In this document: positions 40,842 through 50,153 of the stretch, piece by piece
Numbering within the stretch: position 1 is the stretch's first letter
How the letters are laid out: every line of letters begins with the position of its first letter
NCBI GenBank assembly: GCA_964475595.1
Contig: CAYYXG010000014.1
Coordinates: 1,326-65,325, forward strand
Reading direction: 5' to 3'
Source: an uncultured Flavobacteriaceae bacterium
Lineage (GTDB): Bacteria > Bacteroidota > Bacteroidia > NS11-12g > UBA955
DNA length: 64,000 bases
Notes under the pieces: model-generated
What the model was told of the DNA's origin: nothing
The model's database searches: none
What the model saw: only the letters and a program-made list of their open reading frames with translations
Program-made: the position numbers and the translations under genes

Positions 40842-41258
40842 ATGATGGCTAAGCTTTATATCTTTGGGTTGCTTTTCTTTTCTTTTAACGGACTGTCAGC
40901 CCAGAATTTACAATTTGGAACCACCAAGCTGATAGATAGCAAATCCGATACTGTACCTGCAGGAAAGATATGGAAGATAGAATGCTTTGTATATTCACAG
41001 CCCATAGCACAATGCCCAAACAGCGGTGCTCCCAAAGTAAATATTTCTGATTCTATTATCTTGAATGGGAAACCCATGATGGTGAGAGCCCAGCGTTTCT
41101 CAGCGATGTATGAGAATACCTGGGATGATTATGGCTGGAATACTGAATTTTTTCTGTGGGAACAAAAAACCCCGATGTGGCTACCTGCAGGTAGCACCCT
41201 GTCAGTTGGAAGTGGTGTACGATACATCAGTGTGTTAGAGTTTAAGGAATCGCCCTAA
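40842..41258 (+). CDS. small secreted paralog S1
   Basis: 138 aa. Family consensus AQNLQFGKTKLIDSK.DTVP.GK.WKIESFVYS...CP...VNISDSI.LNG....VRAQRF...PEF..WEQKTPMWLPAGTTLAAGRGV.YISVLEFKE.P. Confidence 0.65.
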   Translation: MMAKLYIFGLLFFSFNGLSAQNLQFGTTKLIDSKSDTVPAGKIWKIECFVYSQPIAQCPNSGAPKVNISDSIILNGKPMMVRAQRFSAMYENTWDDYGWNTEFFLWEQKTPMWLPAGSTLSVGSGVRYISVLEFKESP

Positions 41259-41731
41259 TGCAAAAGCCAGCCATAAAAGCAGTATTGCAAAGCAGATGGA
41301 CAGAAAAGGATACTGTCAAAAATAGTATCAGGGGGTTGATATGCTTTTTGTTATTCATGACAGCCGGTGGATTAAGTGCTCAGAACCTGGAATTTGTGGA
41401 TGCCCGCATGGTGGATTCAAAAACCGATACGGTACCTACTGGCAGGATCTGGAAGGTGGAGAGCATTGTGTATTCGCAGGGAGTTACCCATTGCCCTACC
41501 AGCAGCAATTACATTAACATTTCCGATTCAATCATGTTAGACGGTAAAGGGACCATGGTGAGGGCGCAGCGTTTCTCGGGTTTGCATCCGGGTTGGAGTT
41601 CACAAGCGTTTTCTCCGGAATTTATCGTGTGGGAACAAAAATTGCCCATGTGGCTTCCCTCCGGAACAACGGTGGCTGCGGGTCGTGGGGTAATGTACCT
41701 CAGTGTGCTGGAATTTAAGAAAACCCCTTGA
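41258..41731 (+). CDS. small secreted paralog S2
   Basis: Family consensus. Start shares a nucleotide with the previous stop. Confidence 0.6.
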   Translation: MQKPAIKAVLQSRWTEKDTVKNSIRGLICFLLFMTAGGLSAQNLEFVDARMVDSKTDTVPTGRIWKVESIVYSQGVTHCPTSSNYINISDSIMLDGKGTMVRAQRFSGLHPGWSSQAFSPEFIVWEQKLPMWLPSGTTVAAGRGVMYLSVLEFKKTP

Positions 41732-41737
41732 TGCAAA

Positions 41738-42181
41738 ATGAATAAACCGATGAGAAATAGTATACTGATATTGCTCAAATCCTCCCTGCTACTGGGATTG
41801 TTGGTTGTAAGCCAAAATCTTGTCGCACAGAATCTTCAATTTGGCAAAACCAAGTTAATTGGCAGCAAAACCGATACTGTGCCCACAGGAAAGGTTTGGA
41901 AATTAGAGTCCATTATCTACAAGCAAGGCATTGTGCCTTGCCCCACCAGTGGTGTATCTATAGATATTTCCGATTCCATCGCGCTGGACGGAACCAAATT
42001 AATGGTGCGGGCTCAGCGTTTTTCGGGATTATATGAAAATATCAACTATCGTTATGCCCATGCTCCTGAATTTTTGGTATGGGAACAAAAGCTGCCCATG
42101 TGGTTGCCGGCGGGCACTACGCTAGCGGCAGGTCGTGGTGTTTTTTACCTCAGTGTTTTGGAGTTTAATGAAACCCCTTAA
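41738..42181 (+). CDS. small secreted paralog S3
   Basis: Family consensus. Confidence 0.65.
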   Translation: MNKPMRNSILILLKSSLLLGLLVVSQNLVAQNLQFGKTKLIGSKTDTVPTGKVWKLESIIYKQGIVPCPTSGVSIDISDSIALDGTKLMVRAQRFSGLYENINYRYAHAPEFLVWEQKLPMWLPAGTTLAAGRGVFYLSVLEFNETP

Positions 42182-42187
42182 AGTACT

Positions 42188-42607
42188 ATGCATACAAAAA
42201 TAAAATTAATTACCGTCTTGTTACTGGTGCTGTCAGGTATGCCCTTGAACGCGCAAAACCTGCAGTTTGGGAAAACCAAGCTCATCGACAGTAAAACTGA
42301 TACCGTGCCTAATGGGAAAATATGGAAGATTGAGAGCTTCGTATATTCCAAGACCCTTGCCGACTGCCCGGGCAGCGGTGCAACAGTTAATATTTCGGAC
42401 TCGATTGTGCTGAATGGCAATAAGCTATCGGTGCGGGCACAGCGCTTTGCAGGGCTGGTTGATTGGCGTAACTGGAACACATCACCCTCACCGGAGTTTC
42501 TGGTATGGGAGCAAAAAACGCCCATGTGGCTTCCTGCGGGGACAACGCTTGCGGCAGGTCGTGGTGTGTTGTATATTAGTATATTAGAGTTTAAAGATGT
42601 TCCATAA
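42188..42607 (+). CDS. small secreted paralog S4
   Basis: Family consensus. Confidence 0.65.
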   Translation: MHTKIKLITVLLLVLSGMPLNAQNLQFGKTKLIDSKTDTVPNGKIWKIESFVYSKTLADCPGSGATVNISDSIVLNGNKLSVRAQRFAGLVDWRNWNTSPSPEFLVWEQKTPMWLPAGTTLAAGRGVLYISILEFKDVP

Positions 42608-43064
42608 TATGGTTATGGTTGAATATATCGGGACTGTACACCGTTTTATGCTCTTTTTTAGGTATATGATCATGTTGTTGGTTCTAGGCATGGGCACCCG
42701 TTTATCTGCCCAAAACCTGCAATTCGGAAGAACCAAGCTCATCGACAGTAAGACGGACACGGTTCCGGTTGGTAAAATATGGAAGATAGAAAATTTTACC
42801 TACAGTAAAAGTCTGGCAAATTGCCCAACTGGTGGATCTGTGGTGAATATTACAGATTCCATTGTGTTGAACGGCAACAAAATGGCGGTGCGGGCGCAGC
42901 GATTTTCAGGGGTAGATGACCTTAGGCCTTGGGGTACCTCGCTTGCACCTGAATATTTGTTATGGGAGCAAAGAACCCCCTTGTGGTTACCGGCAGGAAC
43001 TACATTGGCAGCAGGTAGGGGTGTGCTGTATATCAGTGTATTGGAATTTAAAGAGTCGCCATAA
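42597..43064 (+). CDS. small secreted paralog S5
   Basis: Family consensus. The true start may be a downstream Met. Confidence 0.6.
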   Translation: MFHNMVMVEYIGTVHRFMLFFRYMIMLLVLGMGTRLSAQNLQFGRTKLIDSKTDTVPVGKIWKIENFTYSKSLANCPTGGSVVNITDSIVLNGNKMAVRAQRFSGVDDLRPWGTSLAPEYLLWEQRTPLWLPAGTTLAAGRGVLYISVLEFKESP

Positions 43065-43079
43065 TCACAGAATTTACGC

Positions 43080-43490
43080 ATGATGAAAAAACATATATTT
43101 TGCAGTTTGTTAATGATGGTCTTTGCCATGGGGTTGTATTCTCAAAACCTCCAGTATGGGAAATCCAAGTTGATTGACAGCAAGGTGGATACTGTTCCTG
43201 CAGGCAGGGCCTGGAAGCTGGAGGGATTCGTCTTTACGAATAGCATAGCTAACTGTCCCAGCAGTTCAACCGAGGTAAATATTACTGATTCTATTCTCTT
43301 GAATGGAAATAATTTTGCGGTGAGGGCCCAGCGATTTTTCGGACCTACTTACACTTCACGTGGTTCTACCGCTCCTACATATTTAATATGGAAGCAGGAA
43401 ACACCACTTTGGTTGCCTGCAGGCACTACGCTGGCAGCAGGCCGTGGTGTGAGTTATATCAATATAATAGAATTTAACGAGTCGCCATAA
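43080..43490 (+). CDS. small secreted paralog S6
   Basis: Family consensus. 5' ~150 bp nearly identical to S7. Confidence 0.65.
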   Translation: MMKKHIFCSLLMMVFAMGLYSQNLQYGKSKLIDSKVDTVPAGRAWKLEGFVFTNSIANCPSSSTEVNITDSILLNGNNFAVRAQRFFGPTYTSRGSTAPTYLIWKQETPLWLPAGTTLAAGRGVSYINIIEFNESP

Positions 43491-43505
43491 TCACAGAATG
43501 TACGC

Positions 43506-43916
43506 ATGATGAAAAAACATATATTATGCAGTTTGTTAATGATGGTCTTTGCCATGGGGTTGTATTCTCAAAACCTCCAGTATGGGAAATCCAAGTTGAT
43601 TGACAGCAAGGTGGATACTGTTCCTTCAGGTAGGGCCTGGAAGGTTGAAGGGTTTATTTTTTCCAATACCATGGCCAACTGTCCCGGCAGCTATTCTGTT
43701 GTCAATATTGATGATTCTATCGTACTAAATGGTCACAGAATGGCCGTGAGGACACAGCGTATGTACGGACCGTCATCCAATTCTTGGGGAGCCATTTCAC
43801 CACAATACATACTTTGGCAGCAGACAACGCCCATGTGGCTACCGGCAGGGGCCACGCTGTCGGCGGGCCGAGGCGTGAAATTTATTAATGTGATTGAGTT
43901 TAAAGAGGTACCATAA
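43506..43916 (+). CDS. small secreted paralog S7
   Basis: Family consensus. 5' ~150 bp nearly identical to S6. Confidence 0.65.
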   Translation: MMKKHILCSLLMMVFAMGLYSQNLQYGKSKLIDSKVDTVPSGRAWKVEGFIFSNTMANCPGSYSVVNIDDSIVLNGHRMAVRTQRMYGPSSNSWGAISPQYILWQQTTPMWLPAGATLSAGRGVKFINVIEFKEVP

Positions 43917-43924
43917 TTCCAGAA

Positions 43925-44350
43925 ATGAAGATGTTGCGTTTAATAGCTGTTTTTTTTATTTATGTATGCGTTGTTAAGGTGCATGCGCAAAATTTGCAGT
44001 TTGGCAAGTCTAAGCTGATAGACAGTAAAAGGGATACAGTGCCTTCCGGCAAGGTATGGAAGATAGAGAGTTTTGTATATAAGCTGCCTCCGGCAAATTG
44101 TCCTACCGGTAGCACCGCCATTAATATTACAGATTCAATTGTACTGAATGGAAACAAAATAGGGGTAAGGGCACAGCGATTTACAGGAACGGTAACCTAT
44201 CAGGCGGGCAGTCAAGGGGTAGCAGCTACTTCGCCCAATTTGGTAATTTGGGAGCAAAAAACGCCCATGTGGATTCCTGCCGGAACTACGTTGTCGGCAG
44301 CAGGTGGGGTGTTGTATATCAATGTATTGGAGTTTAATGAAACCCCTTAA
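43925..44350 (+). CDS. small secreted paralog S8
   Basis: Family consensus. Confidence 0.65.
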   Translation: MKMLRLIAVFFIYVCVVKVHAQNLQFGKSKLIDSKRDTVPSGKVWKIESFVYKLPPANCPTGSTAINITDSIVLNGNKIGVRAQRFTGTVTYQAGSQGVAATSPNLVIWEQKTPMWIPAGTTLSAAGGVLYINVLEFNETP

Positions 44351-44789
44351 ATGTAAAGATTCCGTGAAAAATAGCTATTTATTAATCGTCATCCTGGCCA
44401 CGTTTGGTTATACTCATCAGGTGGGTGCACAAAACCTGCAGTTTGGCAAGTCTAAACTGATAGATAGTAAGACAGATACGGTACCTGTTGGTAAGGTATG
44501 GAAGGTTGAAAGCTTTATGTTCTCTAAAGCCATTACCGATTGTCCTACCAATACCACGCCAGTCAACATTACCGACTCTATTGTGTTGAATGGAAATAAG
44601 ATGCCTGTTAGGGCTCAGCGCTTTGTTGGTACCATCGTTAATTATTATGTAAATGCCACTGCCGCTTCCTCCCCTGAGTTTATCATTTGGGAACAAAAGA
44701 CCCCGATGTGGTTACCTGCCAAAACAACCTTGTCGGCGGGTAGGGGTGTTTTGTATATCAATGTATTAGAATTTAATGAAACACCCTAG
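44337..44789 (+). CDS. small secreted paralog S9
   Basis: Family consensus. Start trimmed to MKPLKCKDSV.... Confidence 0.6.
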   Translation: MKPLKCKDSVKNSYLLIVILATFGYTHQVGAQNLQFGKSKLIDSKTDTVPVGKVWKVESFMFSKAITDCPTNTTPVNITDSIVLNGNKMPVRAQRFVGTIVNYYVNATAASSPEFIIWEQKTPMWLPAKTTLSAGRGVLYINVLEFNETP

Positions 44790-45228
44790 TATTCAAAAAC
44801 ATAAAAGGCCAATGCATCAATATTTAAAGTCTGTAATGCTCATGTTGATAGGTTGTCAAGCCGGAATATTATCTGCTCAAAACCTTCAATTTGGGCTTAC
44901 AAAGCTGGTAGGAAGCAAGCAGGATACTGTACCTACCGGAAAAATATGGAAGATAGAGAGTTTTGTTTATTCCAGAACACTGGCCGATTGTCCCGGAGGT
45001 TCTACATCCATAAATTTATCTGATTCTATTGTGCTAAATGGTTTTAATACTGCGGTGCGTGCACAGCGGTTTGCAGGTCTTTGGAATCCGTGGAGATCGG
45101 ATACATACGGTCCGGAATTTTTTCTTTGGGAACAAAAAACACCCATGTGGCTGCCTTCCGGTACAACCCTTGCCGCAGGAACCGGTGTCAGGTATATCAG
45201 CATACTGGAATTTAAAGAAACACCATAA
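44776..45228 (+). CDS. small secreted paralog S10
   Basis: Family consensus. Confidence 0.6.
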   Translation: MKHPSIQKHKRPMHQYLKSVMLMLIGCQAGILSAQNLQFGLTKLVGSKQDTVPTGKIWKIESFVYSRTLADCPGGSTSINLSDSIVLNGFNTAVRAQRFAGLWNPWRSDTYGPEFFLWEQKTPMWLPSGTTLAAGTGVRYISILEFKETP

Positions 45229-45252
45229 AAAAGCAAAGAATAAACAAATAAT

Positions 45253-45681
45253 ATGCAAAAAATATCGTGCTTCACCATACTGCTCTTGATATTGATATGT
45301 CAAAAACTGATTGCCCAGAATCTTCAATTCGGGAAGTCTCGGCTGGTAAGCAGCAGGACCGATACGGTTCCGACCGGTATGGTATGGAAAATTGAGAGTT
45401 TTGTATATTCAAGGCCTGTAGCAGATTGTCCTGCGGGCACAACACCGGTTAACATATCGGACTCAATTGTTATTAACGGCAATAAGCTGATGGTGAGGGC
45501 ACAGCGTTTCTCGGCCCAGAACGCTAGTTACCAGTGGAGTCATGGCTTTGGAGTCTCATGGTCACCGGAGTACATCATTTGGGAGCAGAAAACACCCATG
45601 TGGCTACCGGCTGCCACTACCATTGCCGCCGGCAGCGGTGTTTTGTATATCAGTGTGCTGGAGTTTAAAGAGACCCCCTAA
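45253..45681 (+). CDS. small secreted paralog S11
   Basis: Family consensus. Confidence 0.65.
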   Translation: MQKISCFTILLLILICQKLIAQNLQFGKSRLVSSRTDTVPTGMVWKIESFVYSRPVADCPAGTTPVNISDSIVINGNKLMVRAQRFSAQNASYQWSHGFGVSWSPEYIIWEQKTPMWLPAATTIAAGSGVLYISVLEFKETP

Positions 45682-47411
45682 TGAAAATTACTGCTGGTAT
45701 GTTGTACGAAATTTTATTAGGCAGAAAGCCGGTTGTCCTATTATGGGCTTTATTGTTCATGGCTATCTGCTATTGCACCGGGGTAACAGCTCAGACTGCA
45801 CCCAACGGCATGTTGTATCAGGCCGTGGCCAGGGATGGAAGTGGCAACCTGGCAGCGAAACGCAGCATACTGGTGCAGACCACCATATTAAAAAGCACAG
45901 CCACAGGAACCGTGATGTATAAGGATGAACACAAGGTGATGAGTAACGCCGATGCCATGTTCACCGTGGTGGTAGGTCAGGGCAAGTACCTATCCGGGAC
46001 GTACAAAAAAATCACGGATATCCCCTGGGGCAGCGATAAGTATTTTTTCAACCTAAAGATATGTGTAATGCCTTCAATACCGCGTTGGGGATGGAAACCG
46101 GTTTACACAGACATGGGTACGACACAGTTTTGGAGTGTGCCTTATGCCTTGTCATCGGGCAGTAGTTCAGACTCGCTGCAACTGACCGTGATTGGCAACA
46201 ACAGACAACTGAAACTGGGCAATTATAAACCTGTTTCGTTTTCTGTGTCGGATGGAGACAGTTTATCCACCAACGAACTTCAGAAACTTACCCGCGTGGG
46301 TGGTCGTTTGCTGCTGAGCCTGAATGGTGGAACATTATTTTTACCCGATAGCAGTTCTACCAATGAGCTGCAAAGCATTAGCAGAATTGGGGGAAGGATT
46401 ATACTGAATCAAGGTGGTGGTATGATCACAGTGCCGGATAGCAGCGCATCAAACGAGCTGCAAAGCATCAACCGAAACGGGGGCAGAATTATCCTCAGTC
46501 AAGGAGGGGGCATAATCTACTTGCCAGATAGCAGCGCAGTGAATGAGCTACAGGTTCTGACCAAAAAAGGCAATCAGATTTCCCTGAACAATGGGGGTGG
46601 AACCATCACAGATGCTGATTCTCAACAGCTTGTGGTAACTGCCAGCAACATGGACAGAACCTTAGAAATCACCAAAGGGAATTCAGTAACCTTTAGTGTG
46701 GCTGATGGCGACACAGCCAACTGGAAACAGAACAGTTTGGTAAGTTATTACCCAAAAGGGCCTGTGGCAATTGGGACATCCAAAGTAGATACTGCAGCGT
46801 TATTTCAGGTGAATTCAACCCAAAAAGGGGTGTTGTTTCCAAGGATGTCAAAGATACAGATGCAGGCAATTAAAAGCCCGTCTGCCGGTTTGCTGGTTTT
46901 CAACACAGATGATAATCTATTTTATTACTGGGAAGGGGCAAAATGGATTGCCTTGGTAAATGCAGGAACATCACCTTCAGCCGCCAAAGGCACTGTGGTA
47001 TTGTTGAATGCGGATGAATCTCAAAGTAGCAACATCAATGTCAATTACTCGCCCTGTGGCACCGGAACCAGCAGCGGAACCATCAAAACCTATTCCCTTG
47101 CGGCCAATACGTATAGCCGCATCATTGCTGAAGCAGAGGGTTACATGGAAATTGGGGCCAATGGGGGGTCATTCAATTATGGAGAGGTAACCATTGCCTT
47201 GCCCAGTGGTCCAAGCACCACAACCCAGGCGCGGCGAAGTGTAACCGGCGGGGGCACCGGCAATACGGGCTGGATTTTTCCGTTCAAGGTATCTGTTTCC
47301 GGGGCCAGCACAACGGCAGGAAACGTTGTTTTATCCGGGGTGCTCGGCCTCGGAGGCTGCACAGGAGGCAGAATTACGGTAACCTCCATGCGAGTGTATG
47401 GGGTTTATTAA
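45681..47411 (+). CDS. large secreted repeat protein L2 (NELQ-repeat family, with C-terminal extension)
   Basis: 576 aa. Collinear with L1 through the GVLFPRM...GLLVFNTD...YYWEGAKWI block, then ~170 extra Gly/Thr/Ser-rich residues. Confidence 0.65.
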   Translation: MKITAGMLYEILLGRKPVVLLWALLFMAICYCTGVTAQTAPNGMLYQAVARDGSGNLAAKRSILVQTTILKSTATGTVMYKDEHKVMSNADAMFTVVVGQGKYLSGTYKKITDIPWGSDKYFFNLKICVMPSIPRWGWKPVYTDMGTTQFWSVPYALSSGSSSDSLQLTVIGNNRQLKLGNYKPVSFSVSDGDSLSTNELQKLTRVGGRLLLSLNGGTLFLPDSSSTNELQSISRIGGRIILNQGGGMITVPDSSASNELQSINRNGGRIILSQGGGIIYLPDSSAVNELQVLTKKGNQISLNNGGGTITDADSQQLVVTASNMDRTLEITKGNSVTFSVADGDTANWKQNSLVSYYPKGPVAIGTSKVDTAALFQVNSTQKGVLFPRMSKIQMQAIKSPSAGLLVFNTDDNLFYYWEGAKWIALVNAGTSPSAAKGTVVLLNADESQSSNINVNYSPCGTGTSSGTIKTYSLAANTYSRIIAEAEGYMEIGANGGSFNYGEVTIALPSGPSTTTQARRSVTGGGTGNTGWIFPFKVSVSGASTTAGNVVLSGVLGLGGCTGGRITVTSMRVYGVY

Positions 47412-47631
47412 AATAGCAGCGAATTATGAAGTTGAGCTAGCTACCCGCAGATTTTCTGTATCGGTTTGTGCATTCAGGACAAATCCTAACTCAATCAGAA
47501 TGAACATCAGTGCAATCTGATTGGGTAGCTTGATGACAGCGCATTAAACTTAATCGGCGAAGCGCTTCACATGTGGTTTTTAATGGAAATAATTAGCGCT
47601 TCGAGGGCTGCCTGTATTTAAAGCCTTACTT

Positions 47632-47844
47632 TTATTGCTTTTGTACCTTGCAGGTGCTAATACCTAGCAGGGCGTAAATGCCACAAAACTGAAGAAATGC
47701 GGTGGCAAGCAGTGCGCCACCAATCAACAATAAAACCAACCCAACGATTCCACCAACGGTACCGGTAAAATAGAGTACCGAAAAGATCAGTGAAAGGGTA
47801 ATGCGCACCAAACGGTCTGTTTTTCCGATGTTTGTTTTCATCAT
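47632..47844 (-). CDS. DUF2892 (YgaP-like) small membrane protein
   Basis: Trimmed to MMKTNIGKTDRLVRITLSLIF...GGALLATAFLQFCGIYALLG. The upstream extension of the ORF is probably spurious. Confidence 0.4.
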   Translation of the reverse strand: MMKTNIGKTDRLVRITLSLIFSVLYFTGTVGGIVGLVLLLIGGALLATAFLQFCGIYALLGISTCKVQKQ

Positions 47845-47932
47845 GTATACCTTCAAATATACGATAAATGTCTCAAAATTCCTAATTCCTGCTTTGATTA
47901 AAATTTTGCATCTTTGCATTTCCTTTAAACCT

Positions 47933-50104
47933 ATGAAAAAAACCATCTTTTCTTTATTGCTTGCTGTGTTCAGCACTTTCGGATTGCGTGCTGATGAAGG
48001 CATGTGGCCCCTGACCATGGTGGCAAAACTGCAGGATCCCATGCAGGCAAAAGGCCTGAAACTTACCGCAGAAGACATTTACAGCATTAACAATGCTTCA
48101 CTCAAAGACGCTGTTGTGCGCCTCATGAGCAAGCAGGGCCGTATGTTTTGTACCGGTGAAATCATTAGCCGTGAAGGATTGTTTCTTACTAACCACCATT
48201 GCGGTTATGGCGCTATTCAGGAGCTTAGCACCCCCCAGGACAATATTCTGAGTAATGGTTTCTGGGCCAAATCTAAAGAGGAGGAGCGCCCTGCCAATTT
48301 TAATATTGGATTGCTGCGCAAAGTGGAGGATGTTACAGAGCAGGTGCTTGCCATCATTCCCATTAATATGGTGGAAGCCGACCGCAATAAAGCCGTGATG
48401 GAATCGGTGAGCAGGTCTAAAAAAGAGCTGGAAGCATCCCTTGGCGATGATAAGGCAAACTACATTGTGGAATTGGTGCCTTTTTGGGGAGGAAATCGCT
48501 TTCTTGCCATGTATTACGAGGTGTATCGCGACATTCGCCTGGTAGGCACGCCACCCGAAAACGTGGGCAAATTCGGTGGGGAAACCGATAACTGGCGCTG
48601 GCCCCGTCATACCTGCGATTTCAGCATGTTCCGCATTTATTCCGGCACCGACAATAAGCCCGCCGACATGAACAAAAACAACAAGCCCTACGAGCCCAAA
48701 AAGTTTTTCCCGGTTAGTCTGAAGGGTGCATCAACAGGCGATTTTGCTATGATTATGGGCTATCCCGGCCGCACCACCCGTTACACCTACAGTGAAGGTG
48801 TGCGCTACCTGGGTGGCAAAGAGCGTCCCATGCGTGTGCAGGTTCGCCGCGATATCATGGACGTGTATGAAAAATACATGAAGCAGGATGCCAACATCCG
48901 ACTGATGTACAGCGATAGACTGGCAGGTCTGGGCAACTACTGGAATAAGTTCAACGGGGAGGCCGGAGAGCTCAGCAAGCCCGAGATTTTTGCGGCCCGT
49001 AAAAAAGTAGAACTTGAATTTGAAGCATGGGTGAAAGCCAACAATAAACAGGATGTGTATGGCGAGGTGACATCGCTGTACGACGAAGTTTATCAAAAAC
49101 TGAATCAATATGGGTTGTATCCGGTGTATTTGCAGGATGGTATTGCCAACAGCCAGCCCATGATGTTTGCTCTGCAGTCTTCTGCGTTGTTGCGCGATGC
49201 CAAAGACGGTAAAATGGGACCTGAGGGTATTAAAACGGCTGAAAGAATGTCGGGCATGCTGGATGAAATGTTCAAGGAATTTCATGCTCCCATTGAGAAA
49301 GAAGTTCTATCAGCTGTGCTCAAGCATTTGTATGAAGATTTAGACCATGCCAATCTGCCAGTGAGTCTCAATAATTTGGTAGTAAAGCATAAGCGTGATT
49401 ACAACAAGCTTGCAGCATATCTATGGAAAAGCAGCATATTCACCGACAAGGCCAAACTTGCTAAGTTTATGAAAGCCCCTAAGGTTGCTGTCCTAACCAA
49501 AGATCCCATATTTGCTATAGTGAGCGGCTACAATGGAAAACTAAATGGTGATCTGAAACCCATTTATGATGATATCACTGCCAAAAAAGCCCGTGCTGAA
49601 CGATTATTTCTGGCAGCTTTGAGCGAAATGAATCCTGAGAAGGTAATGGCTCCCGATGCCAATGGAACCATGCGTATGACCTATGGCACGGTGTTGAACT
49701 ACGATCCAAAAGATGGTGTTGTATACAAAGAATTCACTACGGCAAAGGGTTATCTGGAGAAGTACAAGGCCGGAGATTTTGAATTTGATGCGCCGTCTGC
49801 CTTGCTGGATTTGATTCGCAAAAAGGACTATGGCATGTATGCAGATAAAGACGGAGAATTGCACACCTGCTTCCTCACAGATAATGACATTACCGGCGGC
49901 AACAGCGGTAGCCCTGTAATCAACGGAAATGGGGAGCTGATTGGTACTGCATTTGACGGAAACTGGGAGGCCATTGCCAGCGACTTTGGTTTTATGCCTG
50001 CCGTTCAGCGCACCATCAGCGTAGACATCCGTTTCACCCTGTTTATCATGGATAAACTGGGTGGTGCCGGACACCTCCTTAATGAAATGACCCTTGTAAA
50101 ATAA
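47933..50104 (+). CDS. S46 family dipeptidyl-peptidase (DPP7/DPP11-like)
   Basis: Start at MKKTIFSLL.... Hallmark ADEGMWPL after the signal peptide and catalytic-Ser region TGGNSGSPVINGNGELIGTAFDGNWE. Confidence 0.85.
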   Translation: MKKTIFSLLLAVFSTFGLRADEGMWPLTMVAKLQDPMQAKGLKLTAEDIYSINNASLKDAVVRLMSKQGRMFCTGEIISREGLFLTNHHCGYGAIQELSTPQDNILSNGFWAKSKEEERPANFNIGLLRKVEDVTEQVLAIIPINMVEADRNKAVMESVSRSKKELEASLGDDKANYIVELVPFWGGNRFLAMYYEVYRDIRLVGTPPENVGKFGGETDNWRWPRHTCDFSMFRIYSGTDNKPADMNKNNKPYEPKKFFPVSLKGASTGDFAMIMGYPGRTTRYTYSEGVRYLGGKERPMRVQVRRDIMDVYEKYMKQDANIRLMYSDRLAGLGNYWNKFNGEAGELSKPEIFAARKKVELEFEAWVKANNKQDVYGEVTSLYDEVYQKLNQYGLYPVYLQDGIANSQPMMFALQSSALLRDAKDGKMGPEGIKTAERMSGMLDEMFKEFHAPIEKEVLSAVLKHLYEDLDHANLPVSLNNLVVKHKRDYNKLAAYLWKSSIFTDKAKLAKFMKAPKVAVLTKDPIFAIVSGYNGKLNGDLKPIYDDITAKKARAERLFLAALSEMNPEKVMAPDANGTMRMTYGTVLNYDPKDGVVYKEFTTAKGYLEKYKAGDFEFDAPSALLDLIRKKDYGMYADKDGELHTCFLTDNDITGGNSGSPVINGNGELIGTAFDGNWEAIASDFGFMPAVQRTISVDIRFTLFIMDKLGGAGHLLNEMTLVK

Positions 50105-50153
50105 TCATTCAGAGCGGCGCCGAACGGCGCCGCTTTTTTCATCATCATCACCC

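Noticed and set aside
39015-47411. Possible CRISPR array or non-coding tandem repeat, given the ~430-bp periodicity
   Set aside because: Each period is a full ORF with signal peptide and conserved protein motifs. The repeats diverge at the amino-acid level, and there are no short identical direct repeats with unique spacers.
47801-47932. Upstream 44-codon extension of the S46 peptidase ORF
   Set aside because: The signal peptide and the ADEGMWP hallmark follow the internal Met at 47933. The extension overlaps the promoter region and the divergent DUF2892 gene.
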